NCBI GenBank assembly: GCA_043228905.1 | Contig: JBHGNT010000014.1 | Location: forward strand, 17,236,001 to 17,300,000 | Origin: Azolla caroliniana | Lineage: Eukaryota > Plantae > Polypodiophyta | Reading direction: 5' to 3' | Length of the DNA stretch: 64,000 nucleotides | Shown here: positions 25,800 through 37,775 of the stretch, in pieces | Layout: the number at the start of each line of letters is the position of its first letter | How positions within the stretch are numbered: position 1 is the first letter of the stretch | Position numbers and translations under genes: made by a program | The notes under the pieces: model-generated | The model's input: the letters and a program-made list of their open reading frames with translations, nothing else | Database searches by the model: none | What the model was told of the DNA's origin: nothing

Positions 25800-26363
25800 C
25801 TAGTCCTCCGTAAGGCCATTCGCCCCATCATCATCTTCGAGCTCAATCCAAATGGCCTCCCGTTCCATTCGGTCGATTGACCTAACGAACAACAAGACTT
25901 TGTCCGCCCCCACCAAACCTTGCTCCCGCTACGGGAGCTGAGCGAGCCGTCGCTTGAACTCTCAGAACACCTTCGTTGCACTCCGGTGGGTCTTTGCCGA
26001 TGCCACCCACTAGTCGAAGTTGCGTTGTCCCTGGCTCTTCCACCGTCCTCCATATGCCTGCAGGAGCGCCTCTTCGAAGGCCTCCCACGAACTATGAGCT
26101 TCTCGGAGCTCCTTCAGTTCTGCGTGCATACGGACGGCGACGACCCGACAGGAGAACTCAAGCCTCAACGCCTCCTGTACGTCTCGCTCCTCCATTTCTG
26201 CATTGTAGGCTTCCAAGTAGAATGGAACTTTGTCCCCGTTGAAACGGCCAACTCTGTCGACCACCCGCTCAATAGCTTGATGCGTTGTCTCTCTTCTCGT
26301 TGTTGCTCGTCCAAACTCCCTCACTGCTTCTTCCAACTCCATTCTCCCTTGCCGCCCTTTCAC
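25800..26363 (-). pseudogene. Gag of element A (decayed)
   Basis: VGRFNGDKVPFYLEAYNAEM..SSWEAFEEALLQAYG, followed by frameshifted homology to the Gag of B. Confidence 0.85.
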
Positions 26364-26380
26364 GTCGGATTCACCAAAGA

Positions 26381-27776
26381 TATCATGTTATTACGCGCGT
26401 GCGTGTAGAAGGGGCGGGACCACGGGGTTTTCGGGCAAGGGAGAAAAGGGATGCCAAGAAAACCGACTCCGAAGACAACCCGGAGACAACCGAACACGAG
26501 AGAGAGAGAGAGAAAAAGGGCATGAGCGCGACACCGACTCTTATGCACAAGAAACAGAAAGGGCTATACACCACCAGAACCACCAATATGCACAACAAAT
26601 GTAAGTGTTTATATTACAAAGGGGGAAGATACAACCTCGGCTTCGAGCCGGGTACGCTCAGAAGAAGAGAAGTTAGCCCTAACAGCTTTGCCGCCATGGT
26701 TGTGACACCCGACTTCTCAAGAAGGGGAAGAAGAAGAAGTTACTAACCCTCGGAAACAAAATGACCCTTGACAAAATTGGTATACCCTCCTGACTCAAAA
26801 TGGGCAACCCCTCTACAAGGGACCATCCCTTCCTTTTATAGAACAAGGAGGTGTTAGGAAATAGGTCCCTCCAGATGGGAAGTGAAAAGAGCAGTACTGA
26901 TGAGCAAACTCGGCTGAGGCCGAAACCGGATGTGGAGTACCCGGCATGAGCTGGATGGTGCAAACCCGGTGAGAACCGGATGAGGAGTACCCGGCTACGA
27001 AAGACCCGGTGAGAACTGGATGAAGAGTACCCAGTTACGGAAGACCCGGTGAGAACCGGATGACGAGTACCCCGCTACGGAAGACCCGGTGAGAACCGGA
27101 TGAAGAGTACCTAGCTACGGAAGACCCGGTGAGAACCGGATGACGAGTGCCCGGCAAGATCCGGATGATGCAGGCCCGGTGAGGAGCGCTCACCAGATGA
27201 AGGGACATATTCGTAAATATGTCTTCTGAGAGTCCATCCGGGCTATATTTGTAAATAGCCGAAAAGTCATATTAGTATAAATATGACTTAGGGCAAACTT
27301 ATTAGATAGCGGTGTTGTCATTCTTGTTGGTGCAAGACTTGAGAGTGCGTAACAGTGTACAGAGAGAGAGAGAGAGGAAGAGGTCGCTACCTTTGTTGTA
27401 ACCACTGCCTGTGGCGAAGATCGTGAGCGCGAGGTCATTGCCTCCGTGAGCTCATTGTTGTAATTATTGTGACATAGTGATAGTTAGTAGTCAGTGGACT
27501 GTCGTGGTTTTTTCCCTCTCAGGGTTTTCCACGTTAAACATCCTGTGTACTCTTCTCTCCATTGTGTCGTGCGTTCATTATCCGTTTTTCTATGTTTGAT
27601 CTTAGACTCAGTTGTGGCCGAGCGTTGCATATCAGGAGGGAGGAATGTTACAATGTGGGATAAATACTCCCCCTTATGTTATACACCGTTTCCTACTATA
27701 TATGTGCACATGTTGCACACCACCGACTTGCCCGTTCCACCCCGGTTTCACACTATAGCCAGAAAACTTCACAACA
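26381..27776 (-). repeat. 5' LTR of element A, interrupted by a solo LTR
   Basis: Matches 11052-11702; PBS adjacent on the left. Confidence 0.9.
26852..27634 (+). mobile_element. Solo LTR (783 bp, copia-like) containing about five copies of a 40-bp repeat (26964-27155)
   Basis: tgttagg...atatca termini; 5-bp TSD ggagg on both sides; U5-like gggttttccacgttaaa. Confidence 0.85.
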
Positions 27777-28038
27777 ACGTCAAGAAAAGAACACGACAAC
27801 ACGAGAGTATGGCCAACGACGACAATAGACGGCGATAGACGACAAGAGACGGCAAGAGACGACAACGCGGCAGCAGACCGTGCAACACGGAGACGACAGC
27901 AGACGGCGACAGACGGTTGCAACCGGCCGTTGACGACAACGTGATAGCAGACGACACCACACAGTAGCAGACAACACCACATGGCAGCAGATGACGGCGC
28001 AACAATAGACTGGGTTGTCGTTATCACAAATAGATAGA

Positions 28039-28084
<46 letters not shown>
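27777..28084 (-). mobile_element. Displaced 5' UTR of LINE copy 1, starting at a (CT)n tract
   Basis: Resumes after the TSD of element A; its GTC/GCC-rich composition resembles the 5' UTR of copy 3 (43044-43200). Confidence 0.65.
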
Positions 28085-28087
<3 letters not shown>

Positions 28088-28174
28088 CTTAAGCACATTC
28101 TCCTCCACTTTGTAGTGGTCAGTTGGTTGATTATGGCTTCTTGTGAATAGGGTTTTCTGCTTTTCTGTATACTC

Positions 28175-31100
28175 TAGACAAAAGAGACCGAATCTTAAAA
28201 GAAAAAAGGTAGGGAAGAAAAACACATACTTATGGCTGAAATAACGAAACTCAAAATAGAAAATATCAACCTTCAGAAACAACTTAATGACCTTGAGACA
28301 TGTAGGGGAGATGGTGAAATATCCTCCCTAGAGGATATTAAGGAAGAGATTAAAATGGTTAAGGAAGAGGTAAGAAACAACATGGAATTAGAGAAAACTA
28401 GTTGGGTCAATGCAGTAAAACGTAACATTAAAAAGGAAATAAAAGATGAAAATATTTTAAACATTAACCTTGAGGAAGTGAAAATGCGTCAAGCTCGACG
28501 CCTAAAAGTACGGGTCATTGGACTCAAGGAAGGGGCATCTTCCGACGAAGATGCCCAAACACTCGGGAAAATGTTAGGGTACACAGAGGCCCTACCAATC
28601 ACCAAAACTTGGAGGGTCGGACGTGACACTACTAGGAAGAGAGCTTTAGTCCTGCAGTTTAAAGGTGTGGAATCTAGAATCACATTTTTTAAGAAGAGAC
28701 TAATTCTTCGAGGATTAGACAGGGACCCTATCTACCTAGATGAAGACCTCACCAATATGCAAATTGAGCATCGTAAAACTTGTATGTCGTGAGTCATGCA
28801 AGCTCGTAAAGAAGGGCATCGTGCCTTTACCAAAACGGACGAATGATAATAAATGATCGCGCCCCCAATTGACGGCATGTTGCCCATGTGACAGAAAATA
28901 AAATTAGGATGACAAGTTTATGGAATTGTAATGGTGCACTTTGTGCACACCTTGGCCATCTAGATGAGATTTTGAAGGTATGTGCTACACTTTTCTTAGT
29001 AGAAACATATCCGAGTCCAAATAGAGGATTGCCATGAGTTGAAGGTTTTTGTTGGGAGTTTGTCTTTAGACAAACCTCGCGTCAACACACTACTAGAGGG
29101 TCTAGAGGGGTTGCAATACTATTTCGAAGAGAGATACATAATAGGGTAGAAATACTTAGGATGGACCCATAAGCCCATTTGATGTGAGTCAAAGTCCTCA
29201 CTAGCAAGGATAAGGGAATATTTATCGCCATTTGTTACTTTCCCTCGAAAGGATCCCAATACAATATGGTTGGAGGAGCGATTTTACTTGATGACGGAGC
29301 GCAACATGGGTCATCTCCATACAAACCTTTATCGAATGACATAACCCAATATTCTTCTCAAGGGGAAGTCTTCCTCATAGGAGATTTCAATGCGAGAACC
29401 TAATCTTGACAATGCCCAATATTTCAGATGGATAAAAACCTAGAAATGGTGAATGTCAACCCTTTAGCCATAGATATCACATGTATATCAAAAGATCAAG
29501 GTGTGGACACCACAAGCTTTGCCCATCATCTACTTGAACTTGGAAGTCGATGCTAGATGATCATATATAATGGTTTAGCCAAGTGGCCGGGCTCGGAAGA
29601 GCTCATATGTTTCCCACATGGAGGAGGGGAAAGCACAGTTGATTACCTAATAGGACGCCCTGAAGCTACCCACATGATTAACTCTTTCCGGGTGGCCCCA
29701 TGCCCTATTGGCGTGGACCATAGTTTCTTATATTTCGAGCTAAAATGCGATATCGCTAACATCACCAAATCTAGTCAACCACGCCATCACACCACAATAC
29801 ATTTCACACATGCGCTCTCTGACATATACTCTGCACATGTTCAAGCCCATCTCTCCTCTCTTGATTCTTCCCTACCTTTAGAGAACCTCACTACAAAACT
29901 CACACACATCCTTCACTCCGCAACAATTAGTAGCTTCCCATACACGAAACACTCCAATCAAAGTAGAATAGGGTTTATGCCACAGAATAGGTGCTATGAT
30001 GAGGATTGTAGAGACTTGTATAGACAACTTAAAGTATCGCGACTTAGTGGTACTTTTTCCTCAGTACAGGCTCGCAAAGAGATGTGCAAGATGACACGTC
30101 ATAAAAGACGAGCGTGGGAAGCATCTCAATATTGGGAACTCTACCACATGCTCATGAGTAGGGATTGTGCCCTTGCATGGAAGAGACTATGGGAACCGAG
30201 ACCACAAACACCCATCGAGGATCCCAACACTTGGCACACATATACTGAGTAACTCTACCACGTTCTGAACCAACCACCCTTCCATACCTCGACCTACCAT
30301 GGGGACACTTTTCATGACATCTAGGATCACAAAGGTCATAAAAAAATTACAACATAGGAAGTCCATGGACCACACAGGATTGCGAGCCTGAAAACATCAT
30401 ATATGCTCGAGAGTGCCTAGCTCCTTTTCTCACTCTAATCTTCAACCGTGCCCTCGCCGAGGGTTTTCCACCACAATGGACCATGAACACAGTAGCCCCT
30501 ATACATAAAGGAGGGGACCCCATGAACCCAAATACATATAGGACCATTATGATAGGTCATACGCTCGCTAAATCATATGGTGCAGTAATGGAAGCAGAGC
30601 TCAATGATTATATGGAAACCTTAATTCTTCGAGCACCTAAGCAGGTTGGCTTTAGACGAGCTTTCTCCACTATTGACCATATCTTCACACTTAGATGCTT
30701 AATTGATGAGATGAAGGCTCGCAAGAAGAAACTAGATATTGTTGCTTTGTGGACTTCAAAGCCTTTGACACAATTCCTATGGAGCGGTTGTTTGATAGGC
30801 TTAAAAGCCTGGAGATACCAAATGACATAGTCTGGGCCATTTATGCTCTATATGAGCAAGTCTCTGGGTGAGAAAGATGCCCATGTGTAAAACAAGGTTG
30901 CCCCCTATAATCGACTCTTTTTAGGATCTACATTGATGAGATCACTGATTTTATTGCTCGTAAGGGAGGTAACGGAGTAGTCATTGGGGGTACGCAAGTT
31001 AATCTCAGAGTCTGAACACAACCTACAAAAGCACCTTAATGCCCTAGATGATTTTTGCACACAACGAGGATTGGTAGTGAATTTAGCAAAAACTAAAATC

Positions 31101-32439
31101 CTTAAGTTTCATACACCGTCTCTAGTTAGGAGTAAATGCCACCTAATCCTCTCTCATAAACTAGTTGAGGTAGTTGTATCATATGTATATTTGGGAGTCA
31201 CTTTTAGTGCTTGCTTAGGTAAATTCTTGATGACCCATGCAACCAAAGATAGGCTAACAAGAGGGTATGCATCCCTCTCACTCTTAGAGAGACAATGCCA
31301 CCAAGCATACATTCAAGAGCCACGAACTAAGGGATGGCTCTTCGACTCATTAGTGACCCCTTCCCTCATGTATGAATCAGTATTTTGGGCTCTAGGTCTA
31401 CCATCTTTCATGTGGATGCAATTAGAGAGACCTTTGGTGATGATGTTATCACGTCAACTCCGAAGCAAATTGATAGTACCACATGACATTATTAGAGTAG
31501 AGTTCGCTTTGCCCCCGATGTTAGTAGAAGCACTTTTCCAACTTGTAGTTTTTATTCATAGGATACATAGCCAACCAGAAGATAGGATATCTCGTCAAGC
31601 TTTTCAGACATCTTGATCCCTATATGTATCCGAAGATACTAGCTCTTGGTATAGCACTGTAGTGAGTTGGTTACTAGCAAATGGTATAGACATTAATAAC
31701 CTACCTCCCTTTAAGTACAACCATGGGACTAATAGAACTTTAATCTCTTATGAGGACCGTAATAAAGTAATGCGCCAATTTACACTTGATATAAATTGAT
31801 CACCCCATGAGAGCCACTCCCATCTAAATTGTACTATAAGGAACACTTCATGCACTTCTCTAAGTTGGGTTTTATTACACGACCAAAATATCTAGATACA
31901 TTCTTATCAAATGCACTAAGGGTTTCCATTGGACAACTAGGATATCATCTCACCAACTTGACATTGAGAATGGTAGTACTAATAGAGTCCCTAGAGAGGA
32001 AAGGATATGTAGATTATGTCACATAGAGATAGAGGATGAGTATCACTTTACATGCAAGTGTCCAACTTACGCTATGATAAGGACGAAATACCGAGACATA
32101 CTAGGACCCTCTCCCACCCTCTCCAAACTATTAGATACCCCGGATATAAAGAGACTAGGTAGGCATATCTTAGAGCTAAAACAATATAGAGAGAATAAGC
32201 TAGAAAATGTTAACCATAACCATTCTAATATTCACCAACATGTAACTACTGAAACCTTTCAGGAACAAGGGTAGATGATGAATGTGGACACACTTACACC
32301 ACTCGGCCTCACCCTTACTAAAGCAGAAAAGAAAAGAACAACCAAACGCGCTCGGATGTCGGGCTTCAAAGCAACTCGACGTGGAGTAGAAACATAACGT
32401 GAGTTGCGCCACCTGGAAGTTATGGCTAGGGTACCTTTT
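28175..32439 (+). mobile_element. LINE copy 2 (ORF1 28232-28871; decayed ORF2 about 28910-32439), truncated at the 3' end by an LTR insertion
   Basis: Same ORF1/APE/RT motifs as copies 1 and 3; homology stops at gggtacctttt|tgttagc. Confidence 0.9.
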
Positions 32440-32742
32440 TGTTAGCTAGTCAGCTATAGGGTCGGAAGGTCGGAATCGGACAGGTGTGAAAGGGTCGGAT
32501 CCGACAATGTTTGAAAGCACGAAGGAGTCGGAGTCGGATTGTCATGGCGGATCGATGAGTCAGCACTTACGAATTTTGCCAAATAGTAAAAATATGTATT
32601 AGAATTAGTTAGACAGTTTTGTAATAGTTCTTGCCGAACAAGGGCAAGTGTAATCTTGAAAAGATACTCTCGATTTTACCTATAAAAGGGGGGCTGAAAA
32701 TATTGTAAATCTATTGTTCTATTTTGGAATTAATATAAGTTA
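32440..32742 (+). mobile_element. Partial LTR (related to 35308-35654), cut by the pogo element
   Basis: Starts tgttagctagtcag; TATA cctataaaagg; similar start and organisation to 35308. Confidence 0.55.
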
Positions 32743-33039
32743 CAGTAACCATTCGGTTAAGTGTGTGTCCAATTAAGTGTGCAATTCTATTAAGTGCGCT
32801 TTTTATAGATGTCAAAATTCTGTTCAAAAATAATATATTGTTTTATGACAAAATACATTGAACCAAATGGAAATTATGTTCCAAAAATTCAAAAAACAAC
32901 AAAATCACCAATAAAAATAATATTTCTAATTTCTTTCGCAATTTCATACCAACATCATGTTTGGTCATTTGCCTACTTTTAGCGATAACTTACAAACAAT
33001 GGCAAAAATTCAACAAAAATAGGATTTCTATGTCTTTCG

Positions 33040-34788
33040 CTATTTCATACCAAAATCATGTAAGGTCATTTGCCTACTTTTCAGGATACGCTTAGAAACA
33101 ATGGTAGACTTTTCTTCTTGAATAATTCTACGAGCACTCGATAAAGCTAATTTTACTTGCTTTGCTTTCTCGGAACTCAAATACGTTGTTGTCATTATCG
33201 AGTTGAGCATGAGTTCGATATCAACAATATTTTGCAATACTTCAGGAATAATCACATCTTCTTCCTTTAAGCATCCATGCATATCTTGCATCTCAACAAA
33301 CTCAGAATCTGAATCATTTTCATCATATGCAAGTGGTTCATTGGTATTGGATGCTTGCGCTATAACTTCATCAATCTCTTCAAGGAGATTTTGATTTAGT
33401 TTTTTTGATTCATTTGCATCTGCATTGACACATTCCATGATTTCCTCTCAAATTTCTTCTACGTTATGGGCATTCTCAAGCAAACCGCAGTTACATAACA
33501 AAGCAACAAGATCATCAAGACATTGATCTTCCATTTCAACGACTTTAACATCATTAATACAGAATGATGGAATAATATCTGCCTTTCTATATCAATTGAA
33601 AAGTGTTTCTTGCTTGATCTCATTCCAAGCAATAACAATGATATTGGCAACATCTAACAAATGTGCCAACTTTCCAAAAGTTAAACCAATAGAATCTCTT
33701 CTCATTCGTTTAGCAACATCCTCCAAACGAAACTTAACATTTTCTGGACTATTATGATATGTCAAAATTTCTCTTATCAAATGATATTTGTACCTCTTTT
33801 TCAACGTTGCAATAATTCCCATATCCATTGGTTGCTTCCATGATGTGACATTGGCTGGGAAAAAAATCACTTTGATAACATCACGCTCAAATGTTTCGGC
33901 ATGAGTAGGAGCATTATCAAGGATTAGAAGCACTTTGCGATTAGTTCGAGAACGAACAAAAGGTACAAACACATGATCAAACCTCTTATTAAATGTAGGG
34001 ATATCAATCCAAGCGTTTTTTGTGCTAAATAGGGTAATGGCCAAGAATTTCCAACAATACAAGCTAGTTCCTTAGACTTTCCAATCATTGTAATGGGAAC
34101 TTTTTCAGTTCCAGTCGCATTACAACAAACAACTAAGGTAACTCTATCTAGCAATTTTTTCTTACCACGAATTGTTATAGGATCTTCACTAGGCAAAAGC
34201 ACTATATAACCTGGAACTAATCATAAAAACAAGCATGTTTCATCCATATTGTAAACACAACAAGCATCATACTCGTTGATTATAGTATAGAGCCTTTCCA
34301 AAGAAGCCAACAATTCTGGGTCATTTCGATTAATTGCCACTCCTTCGCCATACAAAATAACTAGTATTCAAACATTGGCGATGACAAAATTTCCTAAACC
34401 AAGCCCAAGTTGCTTTGAAATCATTATCACAAATATTCATTTGTGTAGCCAATCGTTGAGCCTTCTCCATAATAACTGATGGAGGCAATGCAATTGAAAA
34501 TCGACGAGATGCATCAATCCAAGCATACAAGTGTTCCTCTAATTCAAGATATTTCCCTTTGGATCCCCTAAAAGTTGTTTTCTTTGTATTATGATCTTTT
34601 AATTGGACACACATTTGTATCTCATCCTTCTTCTTGATCAAACTTCTAATCGCCAATTCACTTACACCAAAATTTCTACCTATGTTGCGAAGAGAAGCAA
34701 CTAATGGTTGTTCCACTATCTCCAAAATTTGTAACCTTTGTTCATCATTCAAACAAGGTCCAACACCTCGCATATGGGTTGAATTCAT
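33040..34788 (-). pseudogene. pogo/Tigger/CENP-B-family DDE_1 transposase pseudogene
   Basis: N-terminal HTHs (RNIGRNFGVSELAIR; YLELEEHLYAW; FKATWAWFRKF); VYNMDETCLF; RVTLVVCCNATG; LILDNAPTH..QPMDMGII. Confidence 0.92.
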
Positions 34789-34838
34789 CTCTGTAATAAG
34801 GCTAATGAGCTAATTTCACATTGACTTATATCTATTGT

Positions 34839-35307
34839 TTTCTAATTCCCTAAACCCTCAATCTAATTTATGAACCCAATCAACAAATGTACTCGAACTA
34901 AACAGTAAAAACAGCACAAGTACATTCACATACTCATCCACAATCAAATTATTTTCTAATTCCCTAAACCCTCAATCTAATTTATGAACCTAATCAACAA
35001 ATGTACTCGAATTCAGATGTAAAAACAACACAAATACATTCATATACTCATCCACTATCAAGTTATTTTCTAATTCCCTAAACTCGCAATCTAATTTATG
35101 AACCTAATCAACAAATATACTTGAATTCAGCAGTAAAAATAACACAAATACATTCACATACTCATCCACAATCAAATTATTTTCTAATTCCCTAAACCCT
35201 CAATCTAATTTATGAACCTAATCAACAAATGTACTCGAATTCAATGCTAAAAGAAACACAAATACATTGACATACTCATCCACTATCAAATTATTTTCTA
35301 ATTCCCT
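34839..35307. repeat. 114-bp tandem repeat, four copies plus a fifth partial copy resumed at 40580-40635
   Basis: ctaattccc at 34842, 34956, 35070, 35184 and 35298. Confidence 0.93.
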
Positions 35308-37740
35308 TGTTGGCTGGTTAGGCCAGAGTATGAAAGGGGAGTCAGTTTTGGGAGTTGTAATTAGTTCAATTATGATAATTATAAGAGCGGACGGACGGAC
35401 CGGAATCGGTATGCCGATCCGGATCTGAACCGGTTCTTAGCCGATTGTCGGTTGGCACCGGTTTGTAACCCAGCCGAATACCTATAAAAGGATCTGGAGA
35501 CGATGTAAGGAAGGACTGATAATTAATAGAGAGGTGTTGTGTCTTTACATATTGTGTATCTTGTTAATACCATTCTGTGCTTAATGTGATTATCATACGC
35601 ATGTATCAAGTTAATCATTCCGGATAGTAACCGGGAAGGATCGGTCCTGTATCACAGTCTGCACATTCCTTACCGTACCACCCCTTTTGTGAAGTGTTCC
35701 AAAGGGACACCATGTTTTAGCGGCTTGTCCAGGACGATGACAACACACTTATTGGCGACCACTAATGCGACCCCCCTTTGGAGACGAAGTCGAAGACTAA
35801 TACGCGGCAAAGACATGGCAACGACGAGTTGTGCAAGAATGGTGGCAATAATGTGCGAGAAATCAAATGGATGATGTGCAGGAAATGGTGATGGTGATTG
35901 GAAGCCGTCGAGGAATGTAACACAGTGATGATGTCTTTTTGGCGTGGATCGGATCGCAAAGAAAGAAGAAAAAAGAAAGGGAGAAAGAAAGCCTATGATC
36001 TATGCATGTTGTAACTTCCAAATACGAGAGAAAGCATTTCTATTCACATACGACCTAATAGACACAAACACTGCTAGAAAAAACGAACGACTGGACCGGA
36101 AAAACAATTGAATGGACATCAACAAGTCGGACGGACAGACAACGGCTGGACCAATGACCAGAATGCAAAGGGGTGGCCAAAAACCTAAACAGGAAAACCG
36201 GCCATAGGAGTGGTGTCTTGACAATGGCGGCGGTAGAATGGACCGAACAAGCGGTGACAAGGCAGTAGTCAGAGAGCGACCAAACCAACGGCCAGATGAA
36301 GCGGCAACGACCAGAAAGGCCGATGGAGATGACGACGACGCCTGACGATGGCCGGCCGACGAAGATGACAATAGAACCGGGACGAAGGACCGGACGACGA
36401 CGAATCGATAAAGATAGAAAAGGCCGGAGAGGCCGGAAAGCGGTCACCAAAATGAAGGTCAAACAACGGACAAGACGCCGAACAACGATAACGGATCTGG
36501 AGAGGAAAACGAAAATGGAGACGGCCAGACAAGGATGACATCAACGGTCGGAGATGAAGCCGGAACGACGGATGTGCGGCCAAATAGTGGCCGAGGAGTG
36601 GCCGAAGCGATCAGAATAGCCGAACAATGGCCGTAGTGGCCAGACGGACTGGACAGAGAACCACCAAACGACGACCTGAATGAGCCGAACAATCAGAACG
36701 GTGACAGAGCCAGGAAGACGATTGGACGGAAGTGGCCACATACCAATGGCTAGAGTGGTTGCTGACTAGCAGCGGCCCGGTCAAAGAGAGACAGTGACCG
36801 GATGGAGCCGCAGTCGTACATTGGCAGCGGCAGAGCGGCAGCCGTCGGATAGCGGCTGGAGCGATTTCCAGAATGCGCAAAGACACATAACAAACAAACA
36901 CGACTAGAAGATTAGACAAACATGACTAGATGAATACTAGGAAGAAGGTAGAGAAGGATTAGGAAGAGGAGATGAAGAAAATGCAGAAAATAAGAAGAAA
37001 CAAAGACTGGAGAAAGAACGAGAAAGACAAAGAGACAAGGAAAACAGCCAAAGAAAAAAACCAAAGAAAGAAAATGAGAGAAGAATAAATACAAGAGCAT
37101 TTAAGGAAATTTGCATGCATGAGAGGAAATTCAAAAACCTAGGGCTATTGAACAAAATTTTTAAAAAACTCGATAGTACATAATAGAATTTTAAAAACTA
37201 AAGGGTAGTGAAAAAATTGTAAAACTCATCAAACTAAAAGAAATGGACGAGATATACTCACAACTTACAACAACTCAAGGAGGAACACACATACAAACGA
37301 TGTGATTTTGGACCCATGATGAAGTTCGTGAACCGACAAAACGAGAATGTTCGTGTCGAGGAAGATTCGTTGACCGATGAAGATGTTCGAGTCAAGCGCT
37401 CCAATCGAGGGAGTCGATCGTTGAGAGGACCGATGGAAGTTCCGGTCGAAGAAAGATTATGATCAAAGCATGTGGTATCGAAGTGCAAGGCACACTCCCA
37501 TGGGCGTACCATATTGTGTTACCGTACGACATATACGGGTGATTGATAAGTGTGATAAGTGAGGGTGAAAGATGTAATGTGTTGATATGTATGTGTAATG
37601 TTATACGATTATGAGTGTGAATGTAAGTGTGAGTGTGGTTGATACAAAGAGGTGTGAGTGAGTGACTTGCACCCTTGTGTATCTACCCTTTTGTACCCAT
37701 TTAACCCCTTATGGGGAATGAATGAATACAAGGAACATTT

Positions 37741-37775
<35 letters not shown>

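Larger units (their letters stand above)
11052..27776 (-). mobile_element. Element A: non-autonomous Gag-only tRNA-Trp-primed Ty3/gypsy element hosting elements B, C and a solo LTR
   Basis: LTRs 11052-11702 and 26381-27776 (the latter interrupted at 26852-27634); tgtcgtg...cacgaca termini; TSD acgt (11048-11051 / 27777-27780); PBS 26359-26376. Confidence 0.9.
32743..35307 (-). mobile_element. pogo-like Tc1/mariner DNA transposon (one TIR visible; continues at 40580-40635)
   Basis: TA|CAGTAACCATTCGGTTAAG terminus; transposase remnants; subterminal tandem repeats. Confidence 0.8.

Noticed and set aside
26964-27155. Regular short repeats as a possible CRISPR array
   Set aside because: Head-to-tail 40-bp units without unique spacers, inside a solo LTR in eukaryotic DNA, with no cas genes.
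27777-28175. 5' inversion (twin priming) of LINE copy 2
   Set aside because: Better explained as the 5' UTR of copy 1, which resumes exactly after the TSD of element A.
35960-37200. Many overlapping short ORFs on both strands
   Set aside because: GC-rich, purine-biased non-coding transposon interior with no conserved motifs.
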